A stretch of 32,000 nucleotides of DNA from assembly GCF_000011805.1 (NCBI RefSeq), contig NC_006840.2. One strand, given 5' to 3'. Position 1 is the first letter of the stretch, and every line of letters starts with the position of its first letter. A program made the translations under genes and the position numbers. Shown here piece after piece: positions 1 through 9,440 of this stretch. The DNA is from Aliivibrio fischeri ES114. GTDB lineage: Bacteria > Pseudomonadota > Gammaproteobacteria > Enterobacterales > Vibrionaceae. The notes below the pieces were generated by a model that worked only from the letters and a program-made list of their open reading frames with translations, ran no database searches and was not told the DNA's origin.

Positions 1-1665
1 GTCTTCCTGTGGTGTTAATTGAGATGGTACGTACTGCATCAAGCCATAACTACCACCAATACACGCAAGAATAATCACAGGGGCTAACAAACGCCACGCT
101 ACGGCTTTCGATACTGCTTTACGATAACTACGTTCTAATGCTGAGAAAACTTTATCGATAAATAAGTTAAAACGATTCGGCTTCACATTTGCTTTTAAAA
201 TCTTACTACCTAAAACAGGTGTCAGTGTTAACGCGATCAATGAAGAGAACAGAACTGACATAGCAAGCAATACTGAAAATTCAGTAAAGAGCAAACCAAC
301 CATTCCATCCATAAATGAAATCGGTAAGAACACCATGACAAGCACTAAGGTCGTCGCAATAACGGCAAAACCTACTTCTCTCGCTCCTTTATAAGCAGCA
401 AGTAATGGTGACTCTCCTTTTTCTAAATGATGGAAAATATTTTCAACCACTACAATGGCGTCATCCACCACCAAACCAATGGATAAAATCAACGCCATCA
501 AGGTGATTAAGTTAATAGAGAAACCAAAGTAATAAGCGGCAATAAATGATGATATTAATGAAACAGGAACGGTTACCGCAGGGATCAAGGTTGCACGAGC
601 CTGCCCAATAAAGATATACAGAACCAGAATAACCAGCCCACCAGTAATAAATAGTGTGCTATAGACCTCTGCAATTGAACGCTCAATAAATACCGTTGAG
701 TCATAATCAATCGCTAAACGAGTTCCTTTTGGCAAAAATTGCTGGATCTTAGCGACTTCTTCGTGAACTAAGTTTGCCACATCTAATGGGTTGGCATCTG
801 ATTGAGGAACGATCCCCATACTAACGTTTACTACGCCATCGCTTTTAAATGTTGAGTTTTCATTTTCTGCACCAATAAATACATCAGCAACATCTTTTAA
901 ATAAATAGGTGTTCCATCACTGGCTGTTTTCACCACCAAGTAATTAAAGTCTTCTGCCTTATTATATAAACGCTCAGTTCTAACCGACATGACTATGGCA
1001 TCATTTCGAACTTCACCGCCAGGACTTTCAATATTTTCAGAACGAAGTGCTGCTGTAATGTCTGATGCCGTTACGCCACGCCCAGCCATTAAATCTGGTT
1101 GTAGCTTCACATACATCACTTTATAAAGGCCACCAGAGACATCAACAGAACTCACGCCAGTAATTAAGCTAAAACGGTCAACCAATACACGCTCGATGTA
1201 ATCTGTTAACTCGGTTCTGTCCATTACACTTGAGCTTAAATTAATATAAAGAGAGGCTTCACCACTGCCGTTATTTTTAAATACAATAGGATCATCGGCT
1301 TCATCAGGTAAGCTACGTTGTGCACGGGCAACCGCATCACGAATATCACTCACTCCAGTATTTAAATCATACCCTAGATCAAAAGTAATCATGATACGAG
1401 ACATGCTATTTCGCGTAGTAGACTCGATTTCATCAATCCCACTGATACCAGAGAGCTGGTCTTCTAATACCGTTGTAATTTGGCTTTCAATAATGGTTGC
1501 AGAGGCTCCCTCATAACGAGTACTGATCGAAACAACTGGGCTTTCAATATCAGGCATTTCACGAACAGCCAATTTACTGAACGACACCGCACCAAATACA
1601 CACAACAGCAAACTTAAAACAATGGCTACCACTGGTCTTTTTACTGAAACATCAGATAACCACAT
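1..1665 (-). CDS. RND-family efflux permease (AcrB/VexB-like), N-terminal ~555 codons; gene continues past the left edge
   Basis: The reverse frame is open from the ATG at 1665 to base 1 with no stop, which is why it is absent from the ORF track. My hand translation starts MWLSDVSVKRPVVAIVLSLLLCVFGAVSFSKLAVREMPDIESPVV. Near the edge it reads GLLFTEFSVLLAMSVLFSSLIALTLTPVLGSKILK. Both stretches are typical of AcrB-type pumps. The ATG lies 2 nt after the adaptor gene stop. Confidence 0.85.
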   Translation of the reverse strand, partial: MWLSDVSVKRPVVAIVLSLLLCVFGAVSFSKLAVREMPDIESPVVSISTRYEGASATIIESQITTVLEDQLSGISGIDEIESTTRNSMSRIMITFDLGYDLNTGVSDIRDAVARAQRSLPDEADDPIVFKNNGSGEASLYINLSSSVMDRTELTDYIERVLVDRFSLITGVSSVDVSGGLYKVMYVKLQPDLMAGRGVTASDITAALRSENIESPGGEVRNDAIVMSVRTERLYNKAEDFNYLVVKTASDGTPIYLKDVADVFIGAENENSTFKSDGVVNVSMGIVPQSDANPLDVANLVHEEVAKIQQFLPKGTRLAIDYDSTVFIERSIAEVYSTLFITGGLVILVLYIFIGQARATLIPAVTVPVSLISSFIAAYYFGFSINLITLMALILSIGLVVDDAIVVVENIFHHLEKGESPLLAAYKGAREVGFAVIATTLVLVMVFLPISFMDGMVGLLFTEFSVLLAMSVLFSSLIALTLTPVLGSKILKANVKPNRFNLFIDKVFSALERSYRKAVSKAVAWRLLAPVIILACIGGSYGLMQYVPSQLTPQED

Positions 1666-1667
1666 GA

Positions 1668-2714
1668 TTACTGTACCTCAGTTTTATTTTGTTCAAGTTG
1701 TTTAACCGTCACACCATCACGCATGTTAACTAAACCTTGAACTACAATTTCATCACCTACATTTAAACCACTAGCGATGACAACACGGTTTTCAACACGA
1801 GCGCCTAAAGTAACTTCGGTGCGAATTGCTTTGTTATCTTCACCTACAACATACACATAACGCTTAGTACCAGAGTACTCTAAAGCTTGAACAGGAATAA
1901 TAGGTGCATTAATAGCAGGGAAATCTAACGTCGCAGCCATCAGCATTCCCGGTTTCATTTTCAGATCTTTATTAGGGAATTCAATACGAACACGTAAATT
2001 CAACGTTTCTGCATTAATTCGTGAATCAACACCTATCAGTTTTCCTGAAAACACTGAGTTTTTCCACGCTTGACTCGTTGCTTCTACATTCATACCAACA
2101 GAAAGCATTGATAGATAACGTTCCGGCACTTGTAAATCAAGCTGCATAACAGATAAATTATCTAAGGTTAGCAGCTCCGTACCGGCACTCACCATTTTGC
2201 CTCGGCTAAAATCAATAAAACCAACCGTACCAGCAAAAGGAGCAGAGATATGAAGATCAGATAAATCTGCATTAGCTGCATCTAAACGAGCTTGAGCAAT
2301 ATCAACGCTGGCTTTTTGTCCATCAATTTCAGTTTGAGTAATGGCATTCTTTTTCGCTAAACGCTGAAATTCAGTTAATTTACGTTTTTCATCATTTAAA
2401 TAAGCACGAGCCTCTTTAATAGCCGCAATTGCCTTATCGTCATTAAGTTGAACAACTAACTGCCCTTTTCTTACGTTCTGGTTCGCTTTAACTGCAATAC
2501 GCTCAATCTTTCCTGCAACCTCAGGAGAGATCACAACAGACTCAGAAGCTTTTAGTTTTCCGATTAATGATAATGATTGAGATATTTCATGAGTAGCCAC
2601 TTCTTCAGAAAGAACAGCAACCGACTGATTTCCTCTTGTTTTCTTAGCATAAGAAGGAGTTGATAAAGTGCATGCTAATAAAACAACAAGAGCGATAGAC
2701 TTAGTTTTATTCAT
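1668..2714 (-). CDS. RND efflux periplasmic adaptor (membrane fusion protein, HlyD/AcrA family)
   Basis: 348-aa ORF with an N-terminal signal sequence (MNKTKSIALVVLLAC, possible lipobox LLAC). It has a coiled-coil hairpin region (EARAYLNDEKRKLTEFQRLAKKNAITQTEIDGQKASVDIAQARLDAANADL) and a beta-barrel tail. It is tightly coupled to the downstream RND permease. Confidence 0.85.
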   Translation of the reverse strand: MNKTKSIALVVLLACTLSTPSYAKKTRGNQSVAVLSEEVATHEISQSLSLIGKLKASESVVISPEVAGKIERIAVKANQNVRKGQLVVQLNDDKAIAAIKEARAYLNDEKRKLTEFQRLAKKNAITQTEIDGQKASVDIAQARLDAANADLSDLHISAPFAGTVGFIDFSRGKMVSAGTELLTLDNLSVMQLDLQVPERYLSMLSVGMNVEATSQAWKNSVFSGKLIGVDSRINAETLNLRVRIEFPNKDLKMKPGMLMAATLDFPAINAPIIPVQALEYSGTKRYVYVVGEDNKAIRTEVTLGARVENRVVIASGLNVGDEIVVQGLVNMRDGVTVKQLEQNKTEVQ

Positions 2715-2932
2715 ATTGATACTTATAATCTAAATGATGGAATTAATTTCTGGTCATAGTTTACCAAGGTAAAAGACCTTTGGTTCGTCAATGAATGTAA
2801 AGATGACGAAATAAACTGTAAAAACAACTGCTTCTATATGACTGATATAGAGTTATTTAGTACCGATATGGCGAATATTACTCCTTTATGACGAAAAACC
2901 CATCATACAAATCAAAAATCAAAGAAAAGTGC

Positions 2933-2969
2933 TTTACAGAAAAACGAAGTTTGCTATTATTCGCTCCGC
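2933..2969 (+). promoter_or_regulatory. Sigma70 stable-RNA promoter for the tRNA-Tyr array
   Basis: -35 TTTACA (2933-2938), 16-nt spacer, -10 TATTAT (2955-2960), then a GC-rich discriminator tCGCTCCGC (2961-2969). An A-rich UP-like tract (caaatcaaaaatcaaagaaaag) lies upstream. The layout resembles my recollection of the E. coli tyrT promoter (TTTACA / TATGAT / GC-rich discriminator). It sits about 52 nt upstream of the first tRNA. Confidence 0.6.
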
Positions 2970-3019
2970 ACTTGGCAAGGTCGTTGGGAAAACTCTCGCT
3001 AAGTATAAAAATTCTCGCT

Positions 3020-3103
<84 letters not shown>

Positions 3104-3185
3104 TTATTCAGTTAATTGATTCATCAGTTAACACACTTGATTGCTCCTTTGGGAAAAGAGTTAGTTAAGTATAAAAATACCCGCT

Positions 3186-3269
<84 letters not shown>

Positions 3270-3351
3270 TTATTCAGTTAATTGATTCATCAGTTAACAC
3301 ACTTGATTGCTCCTTTGGGAAAAGAGTTAGTTAAGTATAAAAATACCCGCT

Positions 3352-3435
<84 letters not shown>

Positions 3436-3517
3436 TTATTCAGTTAATTGATTCATCAGTTAACACACTTGATTGCTCCTTTGGGAAAAGAGTTTATTAA
3501 GTATAAAAATACCCGCT

Positions 3518-3601
<84 letters not shown>

Positions 3602-3683
3602 TTATTCAGTTAATTGATTCATCAGTTAACACACTTGATTGCTCCTTTGGGAAAAGAGTTAGTTAAGTATAAAAATACCCGCT

Positions 3684-3767
<84 letters not shown>

Positions 3768-3791
3768 TTATTTATCTCGTAAGAGATCGGA

Positions 3792-3822
3792 AAGCCAATT
3801 CAGAAATGAGTTGGCTTTTTTT
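3792..3822 (+). terminator. Rho-independent terminator closing the tRNA-Tyr operon
   Basis: Stem AAGCCAATTCA / TGAGTTGGCTT (includes one G-U pair), loop gaaa, followed by TTTTTTT. Confidence 0.8.
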
Positions 3823-3972
3823 GTGCCTGTAATACCTACCTACTCAATTACTCCTCCGCAATTATCTGAATAGCTATTGGTAAGAGTTTTATCCCTAGAT
3901 ACCCCTTGCTAAAATAAAGGTATAAATAGACAGTTACTCTATTTTATTAAATATAGAAATAGAGGCATTACA

Positions 3973-4161
3973 ATGCACATTGCACAAGTTCAAAAGCAGC
4001 AAGAACCGTCACAATGGAAAACATGTAGCTTATGTAATAAAGAGGCTTTTTGTCATCCTTCTACTAGCGTCACAATGGCTTGGATAAAAGCAGGTTTAGG
4101 TCAACAAAAATGCACGTGGCGCTGTGAGACATGCCAGCCAAGCGCTAGATTATTAAACTAA
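3973..4161 (+). CDS. Hypothetical small Cys-rich protein (62 aa), possible zinc-ribbon-like
   Basis: ORF from the track. AGAGG lies 7 nt upstream of the ATG. It has six Cys residues arranged CxxC-x5-C ... C-x3-C-x2-C. Local GC content is higher than the flanking intergenic DNA. I recognise no homolog, so its coding status is uncertain. Confidence 0.35.
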   Translation: MHIAQVQKQQEPSQWKTCSLCNKEAFCHPSTSVTMAWIKAGLGQQKCTWRCETCQPSARLLN

Positions 4162-4257
4162 ACTTACATGATTTAATGCCAAATAATGTTAGTATCATTA
4201 TATTAGAGATCCTCGCTCAACTAGGATTGATTATATTTATAAGGACTTGATAACCTA

Positions 4258-5064
4258 ATGAAAGTAATAAGCTTTAATATAAATGGCCTTCGTGCTCGCC
4301 TTCACCAATTACAAGCTATCATTGATAAGCACAACCCTGATGTTATTGGTCTTCAAGAGATCAAAGTTCATAATGAAATGTTCCCAGTCGAAGCAGTAGA
4401 AGCGATGGGCTATAAAGTGTATTTCCATGGCCAAAAAGCACATTACGGTGTGGCGATGCTATGTAAACAAGAGCCAATTTCTGTGCAATATGGTTTTGAT
4501 ACGGATACAGAAGAACATCAAAAGCGCATGATCATGACTACTCACCAACGTGAAGATGGCTCAAAAGTAACGATAATGAATGGTTACTTCCCACAAGGTG
4601 ATAACATCAAGCATGAAACTAAATTCCCTTATAAACGTCAATTCTACAAAGATTTGATGACTCACTTGCATACACACCATACTAATGATGAAGAGATCAT
4701 CGTCATGGGCGATATTAATATCAGCCCCATCGATGCAGATATCGGTATCGGTGAACCAAACGCAAAACGTTGGTTAAAAACAGGCAAATGCTCGTTCCAA
4801 CCAGAAGAGCGTGAATGGTTACAAACATTAAAAGATTGGGGGTTTGAAGACACATTCCGTAATCTTCACCCTGAAGTAACCGATCAATTCTCGTGGTTTG
4901 ATTATCGTTCAAAAGGGTTTGTAGATAACCGTGGTTTACGCATTGATGTCATTATGGCAACACCAACATTAGCAGTAAAATGTACAGAATCTGGCATTGA
5001 TTACGAATTACGTGGTATTGAAAAGCCTTCTGATCACGCACCAATTTGGTCAACATTCAAATAA
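4258..5064 (+). CDS. xthA: Exodeoxyribonuclease III (AP endonuclease VI)
   Basis: 268 aa. [18 protein letters not shown]...GLQEIKV...[10 protein letters not shown] is collinear with E. coli XthA (268 aa) and carries EEP-family catalytic motifs. Confidence 0.95.
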   Translation: MKVISFNINGLRARLHQLQAIIDKHNPDVIGLQEIKVHNEMFPVEAVEAMGYKVYFHGQKAHYGVAMLCKQEPISVQYGFDTDTEEHQKRMIMTTHQREDGSKVTIMNGYFPQGDNIKHETKFPYKRQFYKDLMTHLHTHHTNDEEIIVMGDINISPIDADIGIGEPNAKRWLKTGKCSFQPEEREWLQTLKDWGFEDTFRNLHPEVTDQFSWFDYRSKGFVDNRGLRIDVIMATPTLAVKCTESGIDYELRGIEKPSDHAPIWSTFK

Positions 5065-5071
5065 TATGTTT

Positions 5072-5101
5072 AGCCCTCACCTATTTGTGAGGGCTTTTTT
5101 A
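5072..5101 (+). terminator. Rho-independent terminator after xthA
   Basis: AGCCCTCAC-ctattt-GTGAGGGCT followed by TTTTTT. Confidence 0.85.
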
Positions 5102-5138
5102 TCCCAATCAATGGCACGATTGGTATTAAGGAAATACA

Positions 5139-5789
5139 ATGAAATTATTCATCTTTGATCACTGTCCATTTTGTATGAAAGCAAAAATGGTTGCAGGTAT
5201 AAAAAAGCTACCCGTTGAATTTGTTTATCTTCAAAATGATGATGTGAATGCTCGCATTGAAAAAGTAGGAGCTAATATGGTGCCTATTTTAGAGAAAAAT
5301 GATGGTAGCTATATGGCAGAAAGTCTTGATATTGCAAGATATTTAGATGAGCATGATCACCATCCAATCATTGAAAAATCAACACACGAAGAAGAGATCT
5401 CTGAGTGGCTAAACGCAGCAAGACCACTGTTTGCTAAACTCACTTTTTCTCGTTGGACTCAACTTGATTTACCTGAATTCGCTCGACCTGAAGCGATTAC
5501 ATGGTTTACAGAGAAAAAAGAAGAATTCATTGAGATGAGCTTTGAACAAGCATTAACGAACAGTAATGAATATATCAATGCATTAAATCCACTATTAGTT
5601 AATGCGAACTTCATTACTCTTCCTTCGGAGAAAGGAAATCAAATCACATGGGATGATATTAACTTTTTCCCATTTATCCGTAATTTGACTGTTGTTAAAG
5701 GACTAGATTTTCCACCACACTTAAAAAACTATCTGGAAGAGATAAGTGACTTAACGGGTGTTCATCTATTTTTTGATGTTGCTGTGTAA
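5139..5789 (+). CDS. grxB: Glutaredoxin 2
   Basis: 216 aa. MKLFIFDHCPFCMKAKMVAG aligns with E. coli Grx2 (MKLYIYDHCPYCLKARMIFG, 215 aa). It has a CPFC active site and a GST-like C-terminal domain with the LFPLLRNLT-like motif FFPFIRNLT. Confidence 0.9.
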   Translation: MKLFIFDHCPFCMKAKMVAGIKKLPVEFVYLQNDDVNARIEKVGANMVPILEKNDGSYMAESLDIARYLDEHDHHPIIEKSTHEEEISEWLNAARPLFAKLTFSRWTQLDLPEFARPEAITWFTEKKEEFIEMSFEQALTNSNEYINALNPLLVNANFITLPSEKGNQITWDDINFFPFIRNLTVVKGLDFPPHLKNYLEEISDLTGVHLFFDVAV

Positions 5790-5810
5790 TCACCATCTAT
5801 TTTTAACAAT

Positions 5811-5839
5811 AAAAAAGAGCACGTTAATGTGCTCTTTTT
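5811..5839. terminator. Bidirectional rho-independent terminator (grxB on plus; small ORF and possibly the art operon on minus)
   Basis: AAAAAGAGCAC-gttaat-GTGCTCTTTTT. The stem is flanked by an A-run and a T-run, so it reads as stem plus U-tract on both strands. Confidence 0.8.
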
Positions 5840-5849
5840 CTTATCAAAA

Positions 5850-5972
5850 TCATGAAAACCAACGTTGATACCAAAGTATTTCCCCATGTTCAATAAAATC
5901 AAACACACTCAAAAACAATGCGCAAATAAAGACTAACTTTACGACTCTTATCAATATCAACGATAAACCCAT
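5850..5972 (-). CDS. Candidate small hydrophobic membrane protein (40 aa), below the ORF-track size cutoff
   Basis: My hand translation is MGLSLILIRVVKLVFICALFLSVFDFIEHGEILWYQRWFS. GAGGAAG sits 6 nt upstream of the ATG. One clear TM-length hydrophobic stretch is followed by an aromatic/basic tail. The stop is 11 nt before the bidirectional terminator at 5811-5839. I see no terminator between the upstream permease gene stop (6121) and this ORF. Confidence 0.35.
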   Translation of the reverse strand: MGLSLILIRVVKLVFICALFLSVFDFIEHGEILWYQRWFS

Positions 5973-6120
5973 CACTACTTCCTCTAACGAATATTCCATT
6001 CATATATACACGATATCTACCTAAATGGATATTAATACCAATCGTCGTAACTAACTGGTTATCCTAGTTTGTTTATATACTCGATAACTGTGTTGGAATT
6101 TTTGACTGTAAATAATCTAA

Positions 6121-6798
6121 TTAACTTAATGGCATCATAAATCTGAGCATGCGAGTTTCCAATTGCTTAAATATAAAAATAATAATAAATGTTAAGCACA
6201 TATAAAACATACCGGCAGCAATATAGGATTCAAATGGTGCGTAATATCTTGAATTTACTAATCGTGCAGCACCAGTTAAATCCAGTAAAGTAACAATCCC
6301 GGCAATGGCTGAACCATGAAGCATGAAAATCACTTCATTACTATAAGCTGGTAATGCTCTACGTAACGCACTAGGTAAAATAATTCGTTTATACGTTTGG
6401 AATTGATTCATACCATACGCTTTGGCAGCTTCAACTTCTCCTTGTGGTAAACCATTAATAGAACCACGTACAATTTCAGCTGTATAAGCTCCTGTATTTA
6501 AAGAAAAAGCAACAAGAGCACAAAATGAAGCGTGTTCCCATAAGGTATCTTTAACAGAGAAAAATTGATCCATACCATAATAAATAAGATACAGTTGAAT
6601 CAGTAAAGGCGTACCACGAAAAAAGTAAATGTATGCCCAAGCTGGTAACCATAAAACTGGGTTATTGCTGTTTCTTGCTATCGCTGTTGGTACAGCAATA
6701 CACAAACCAATCACCAAAGATACCGCTACTAACCACACCGTTGTCCATAAGCCTTCAAGATAAACAGGAAAGCTCTCAATGATAATTGAAAAATCCAT
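6121..6798 (-). CDS. artM: Basic amino acid (Arg/His-type) ABC transporter permease
   Basis: 225 aa. It has a PAAT-family permease fold with the EAA loop (EAAKAYGMNQFQTYKRIILPSALRRALP). It is the last gene of a P-I-Q-M ordered operon, as in E. coli artPIQM. A HisM assignment cannot be excluded. Confidence 0.8.
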   Translation of the reverse strand: MDFSIIIESFPVYLEGLWTTVWLVAVSLVIGLCIAVPTAIARNSNNPVLWLPAWAYIYFFRGTPLLIQLYLIYYGMDQFFSVKDTLWEHASFCALVAFSLNTGAYTAEIVRGSINGLPQGEVEAAKAYGMNQFQTYKRIILPSALRRALPAYSNEVIFMLHGSAIAGIVTLLDLTGAARLVNSRYYAPFESYIAAGMFYMCLTFIIIFIFKQLETRMLRFMMPLS

Positions 6799-6800
6799 AT

Positions 6801-7541
6801 CTACCTCATGTGAATACTAAATTTACGTTCAATAAGTTTTAACGCACCAGTTGAAACTGCTGTGAAAAATAAGAAAATACAAGCAACTGTCATATAAAAA
6901 GTAAATGGCATCTTAGTTGTTCCAGCAGCCATTGAGCTAACACGAACCATATCTTCTAAACCAATAATCGAAACCAAAGCGGTGGTTTTAAGTAGAACTA
7001 ACCAATTGTTACCAAAACCAGGTAACGCATGACGGATCATTTGCGGAAACAAAATACGACGAAATGCCATCATGCCACTCATACCATAGGCTTTTGCTGC
7101 TTCCATTTCACCACGATCTACCGCCATGATTGCACCACGAAATGTCTCAGCCATATACGCGCCAAAAATAAAACCAATGGTTAGGACACCTGCGATAAAA
7201 GGACTAATTTCTATATAATCAGGAAGATAAGAAATCCATTCATGATCTGGGTTTGAGTTTGTCATCCACTCATTTATCCATTCATTACTCGCATACAGCC
7301 CATTGTTTAATAGCATTTGTCCGCCAAAAAACAGTAGCATCATTAATACTAAATCAGGGATCCCTCGAACAATAGTTGTATAAAGTGTGGCAATAGATCG
7401 AGCCCAACGATATGGAGCCATTTTCGCCAAAGCACCAAGTAAGCCAAGAAATACGGCTAAGAGAAGAGATAGGAGCGCAACCTGCAGCGTGACCAATGCT
7501 CCATCTAAAATGGAGGATTCATATCCTTGTAAATCTAACAT
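6801..7541 (-). CDS. artQ: Basic amino acid ABC transporter permease
   Basis: The track ORF extends to 7577. The internal ATG at 7541 (MLDLQGYESSILDGALVTLQ) aligns with the E. coli HisQ/ArtQ N-terminus and has GGAAG 4 nt upstream. The EAA loop is EAAKAYGMSGMMAFRRILFPQMIRHALP. Confidence 0.8.
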   Translation of the reverse strand: MLDLQGYESSILDGALVTLQVALLSLLLAVFLGLLGALAKMAPYRWARSIATLYTTIVRGIPDLVLMMLLFFGGQMLLNNGLYASNEWINEWMTNSNPDHEWISYLPDYIEISPFIAGVLTIGFIFGAYMAETFRGAIMAVDRGEMEAAKAYGMSGMMAFRRILFPQMIRHALPGFGNNWLVLLKTTALVSIIGLEDMVRVSSMAAGTTKMPFTFYMTVACIFLFFTAVSTGALKLIERKFSIHMR

Positions 7542-7667
7542 ACTACTTCCAAGCTTTCGCTTTAATAACAACGCCAATAAATATCAAGAACGCTTCATTG
7601 ACGTTGTTATAACTATTAGAATGAAAGAGGTATATTCCACCCTCTTTCCTTAAGGCTAATTCAACAA

Positions 7668-8444
7668 TTACTCACCATACACATCATAGTTAAAGTATTT
7701 CGCAGCAATTTCTTGATAAATGCCTTTTTCACGTAAAGAATCAATTGCAGCATTTAATTGCTCAGTTAGATCCTTATCTTGTTTACGTGTTGCGATACCA
7801 AAACCTTCACCAAACCATTTTGGATCAGTTAGTGACGGACCAACAAATTCATACTCTGTACCGCCAGGTTTATTAAGAAGACCTTCTTCTAGTGCTGATG
7901 CATCACCTAAAACCGTATCAATACGACCCGCCTTTAGATCTAAATAGGCTTCATCAAATGAACCGTAGCGCTTAAGATCAACACCTTTACCAAAGTTGTC
8001 AGTTAGGTATTTATCATGTGTTGTTGCACGTTGAACACCAACAGTGACCCCTTTAAGGCCTTCTTTAGTCATTACTAATTTTGTGCCTTTTTTAGCGACA
8101 AATTTATTTGGAATAAGTGCATATTTTTCAGTGAAATCAATCTTCTTTTTACGCTCTTCTGTAATAGACATTGCGGCAATAATTGCATCATATTTACGAG
8201 CAAGTAATGAAGGAATAATACCATCCCAATCTTGAGCTACGATTTTACAACGTGCTTCCATTTCCTTACATAACGCATTAGCAATATCCACATCAAAACC
8301 TTTAAGCTCACCTGAAGGTTCTGTCCAACTAAATGGAGGATAAGCGCCTTCAATACCAAAACGGATTTGTTTCCATTCTTTTGCTTGAGCTGCGCCTGTT
8401 AGTGCTGTTGATGCAACAACTGCTGCTAATAACCACTTTTTCAT
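7668..8444 (-). CDS. artI: Periplasmic basic amino acid-binding protein (ArtI/HisJ/ArgT family)
   Basis: The 310-aa track ORF overlaps the upstream ATPase gene. The real start is most likely the ATG at 8444 (MKKWLLAAVVASTALTGAAQA|KEW, a signal peptide), preceded by AGGAGTAAGGAA. It has the type-3 SBP signature GFDVDIANALC. Confidence 0.85.
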   Translation of the reverse strand: MKKWLLAAVVASTALTGAAQAKEWKQIRFGIEGAYPPFSWTEPSGELKGFDVDIANALCKEMEARCKIVAQDWDGIIPSLLARKYDAIIAAMSITEERKKKIDFTEKYALIPNKFVAKKGTKLVMTKEGLKGVTVGVQRATTHDKYLTDNFGKGVDLKRYGSFDEAYLDLKAGRIDTVLGDASALEEGLLNKPGGTEYEFVGPSLTDPKWFGEGFGIATRKQDKDLTEQLNAAIDSLREKGIYQEIAAKYFNYDVYGE

Positions 8445-8517
8445 TTCCTTACTCCTGTAACTTTTATTCCGTTTAATTGATTTAATTTTTATTGGTAGTG
8501 TTTGCTTTACAATATGT

Positions 8518-9288
8518 TTAATAAATAGATGAAATAAATTGCTGTAAACGTTCTGATTTTGGGTTAGTAAACAACTTCGCAGGATCTCCCTGCTCTTCAA
8601 CTAATCCTTGATGCAAAAACATTACATGATTTGAAACATCGCGAGCAAAGGCCATCTCATGAGTAACAACCAACATAGTTCGTCCTTCTTCAGCGAGATC
8701 ACGCATTACACCTAAGACTTCGCCAACTAATTCAGGGTCTAGAGCAGAGGTTGGCTCATCAAACAACATAACTTCAGGGTCAACCGCCAATGCTCGTGCT
8801 ATTGCAGCTCGTTGTTGTTGACCACCAGATAAATGTCCAGGGTAATAATCTCTGCGCTCATATAATCCAACTTGTTTCAAAAGTTGTTCCGCTTTTTCAA
8901 CTGCTTGTGCTTTTGGCATACCTAATACATGTACTGGTGCTTCAATCACATTCTGCAGTACCGTCATATGAGACCAAAGATTAAATCCTTGAAAAACCAT
9001 AGCCAGACGTGAGCGAATTCGCTGAACTTGCTTTTCATCAACAGGAACGGATTCACCTAAACGATTATTTTTCATTTCTATCAGCTCACCATTTACCCAT
9101 ATTTCGCCTTTACTTGGCGTTTCGAGTAAGTTTATACAGCGTAGAAAAGTACTCTTACCTGAGCCAGATGAACCAATAATAGAAATCACATCACCTTTAT
9201 TTGCTTCTAATGAAATACCTTTTAGTACTTCATTTTGGCCAAAATGCTTGTGTAAATCTTTTATTTCTAGCGCGACTGCATCCTTCAT
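8518..9288 (-). CDS. artP: Basic amino acid ABC transporter ATP-binding protein (HisP/ArtP family)
   Basis: 256 aa. Walker A is GSSGSGKST, the signature is LSGGQQQR and Walker B is MLFDEPTSALD. It is highly collinear with E. coli HisP. The symbol rests on the artPIQM gene order and the upstream ARG-box-like site, so it is tentative. Confidence 0.85.
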   Translation of the reverse strand: MKDAVALEIKDLHKHFGQNEVLKGISLEANKGDVISIIGSSGSGKSTFLRCINLLETPSKGEIWVNGELIEMKNNRLGESVPVDEKQVQRIRSRLAMVFQGFNLWSHMTVLQNVIEAPVHVLGMPKAQAVEKAEQLLKQVGLYERRDYYPGHLSGGQQQRAAIARALAVDPEVMLFDEPTSALDPELVGEVLGVMRDLAEEGRTMLVVTHEMAFARDVSNHVMFLHQGLVEEQGDPAKLFTNPKSERLQQFISSIY

Positions 9289-9391
9289 GCGCCATATACT
9301 CCTAATTCAGCTACACATTAATCGTTTGCTTTTTACTTTATTCTTAGAATTTAACACTCAAAATTATCACAAGCAACAATTTATTAACCAA

Positions 9392-9440
9392 AGCATATTG
9401 CAGGGACGTAAATTAAACAAGGGTTGAATTCTTATTCAAA
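9392..9440 (-). promoter_or_regulatory. Putative art operon promoter with an abutting ARG-box-like palindrome
   Basis: On the minus strand: TTGTTT (9420-9415), 17 nt, TATGCT (9397-9392). Immediately upstream is tTGAATtcttATTCAa (core 9425-9438), a perfect match to the ArgR half-site core TGAAT-N4-ATTCA. I found only one good box; no convincing tandem partner lies 21 bp away. Confidence 0.35.

Noticed and set aside
7542-7577. N-terminal 12-codon extension of the artQ-like ORF
   Set aside because: The internal ATG at 7541 has the better SD and matches the N-terminus of E. coli HisQ/ArtQ.
8445-8600. 52-codon N-terminal extension of the binding-protein ORF (track 7668..8600)
   Set aside because: It overlaps the 3' end of the ATPase gene by 83 nt. 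The ATG at 8444 has a strong SD and begins a canonical signal peptide.
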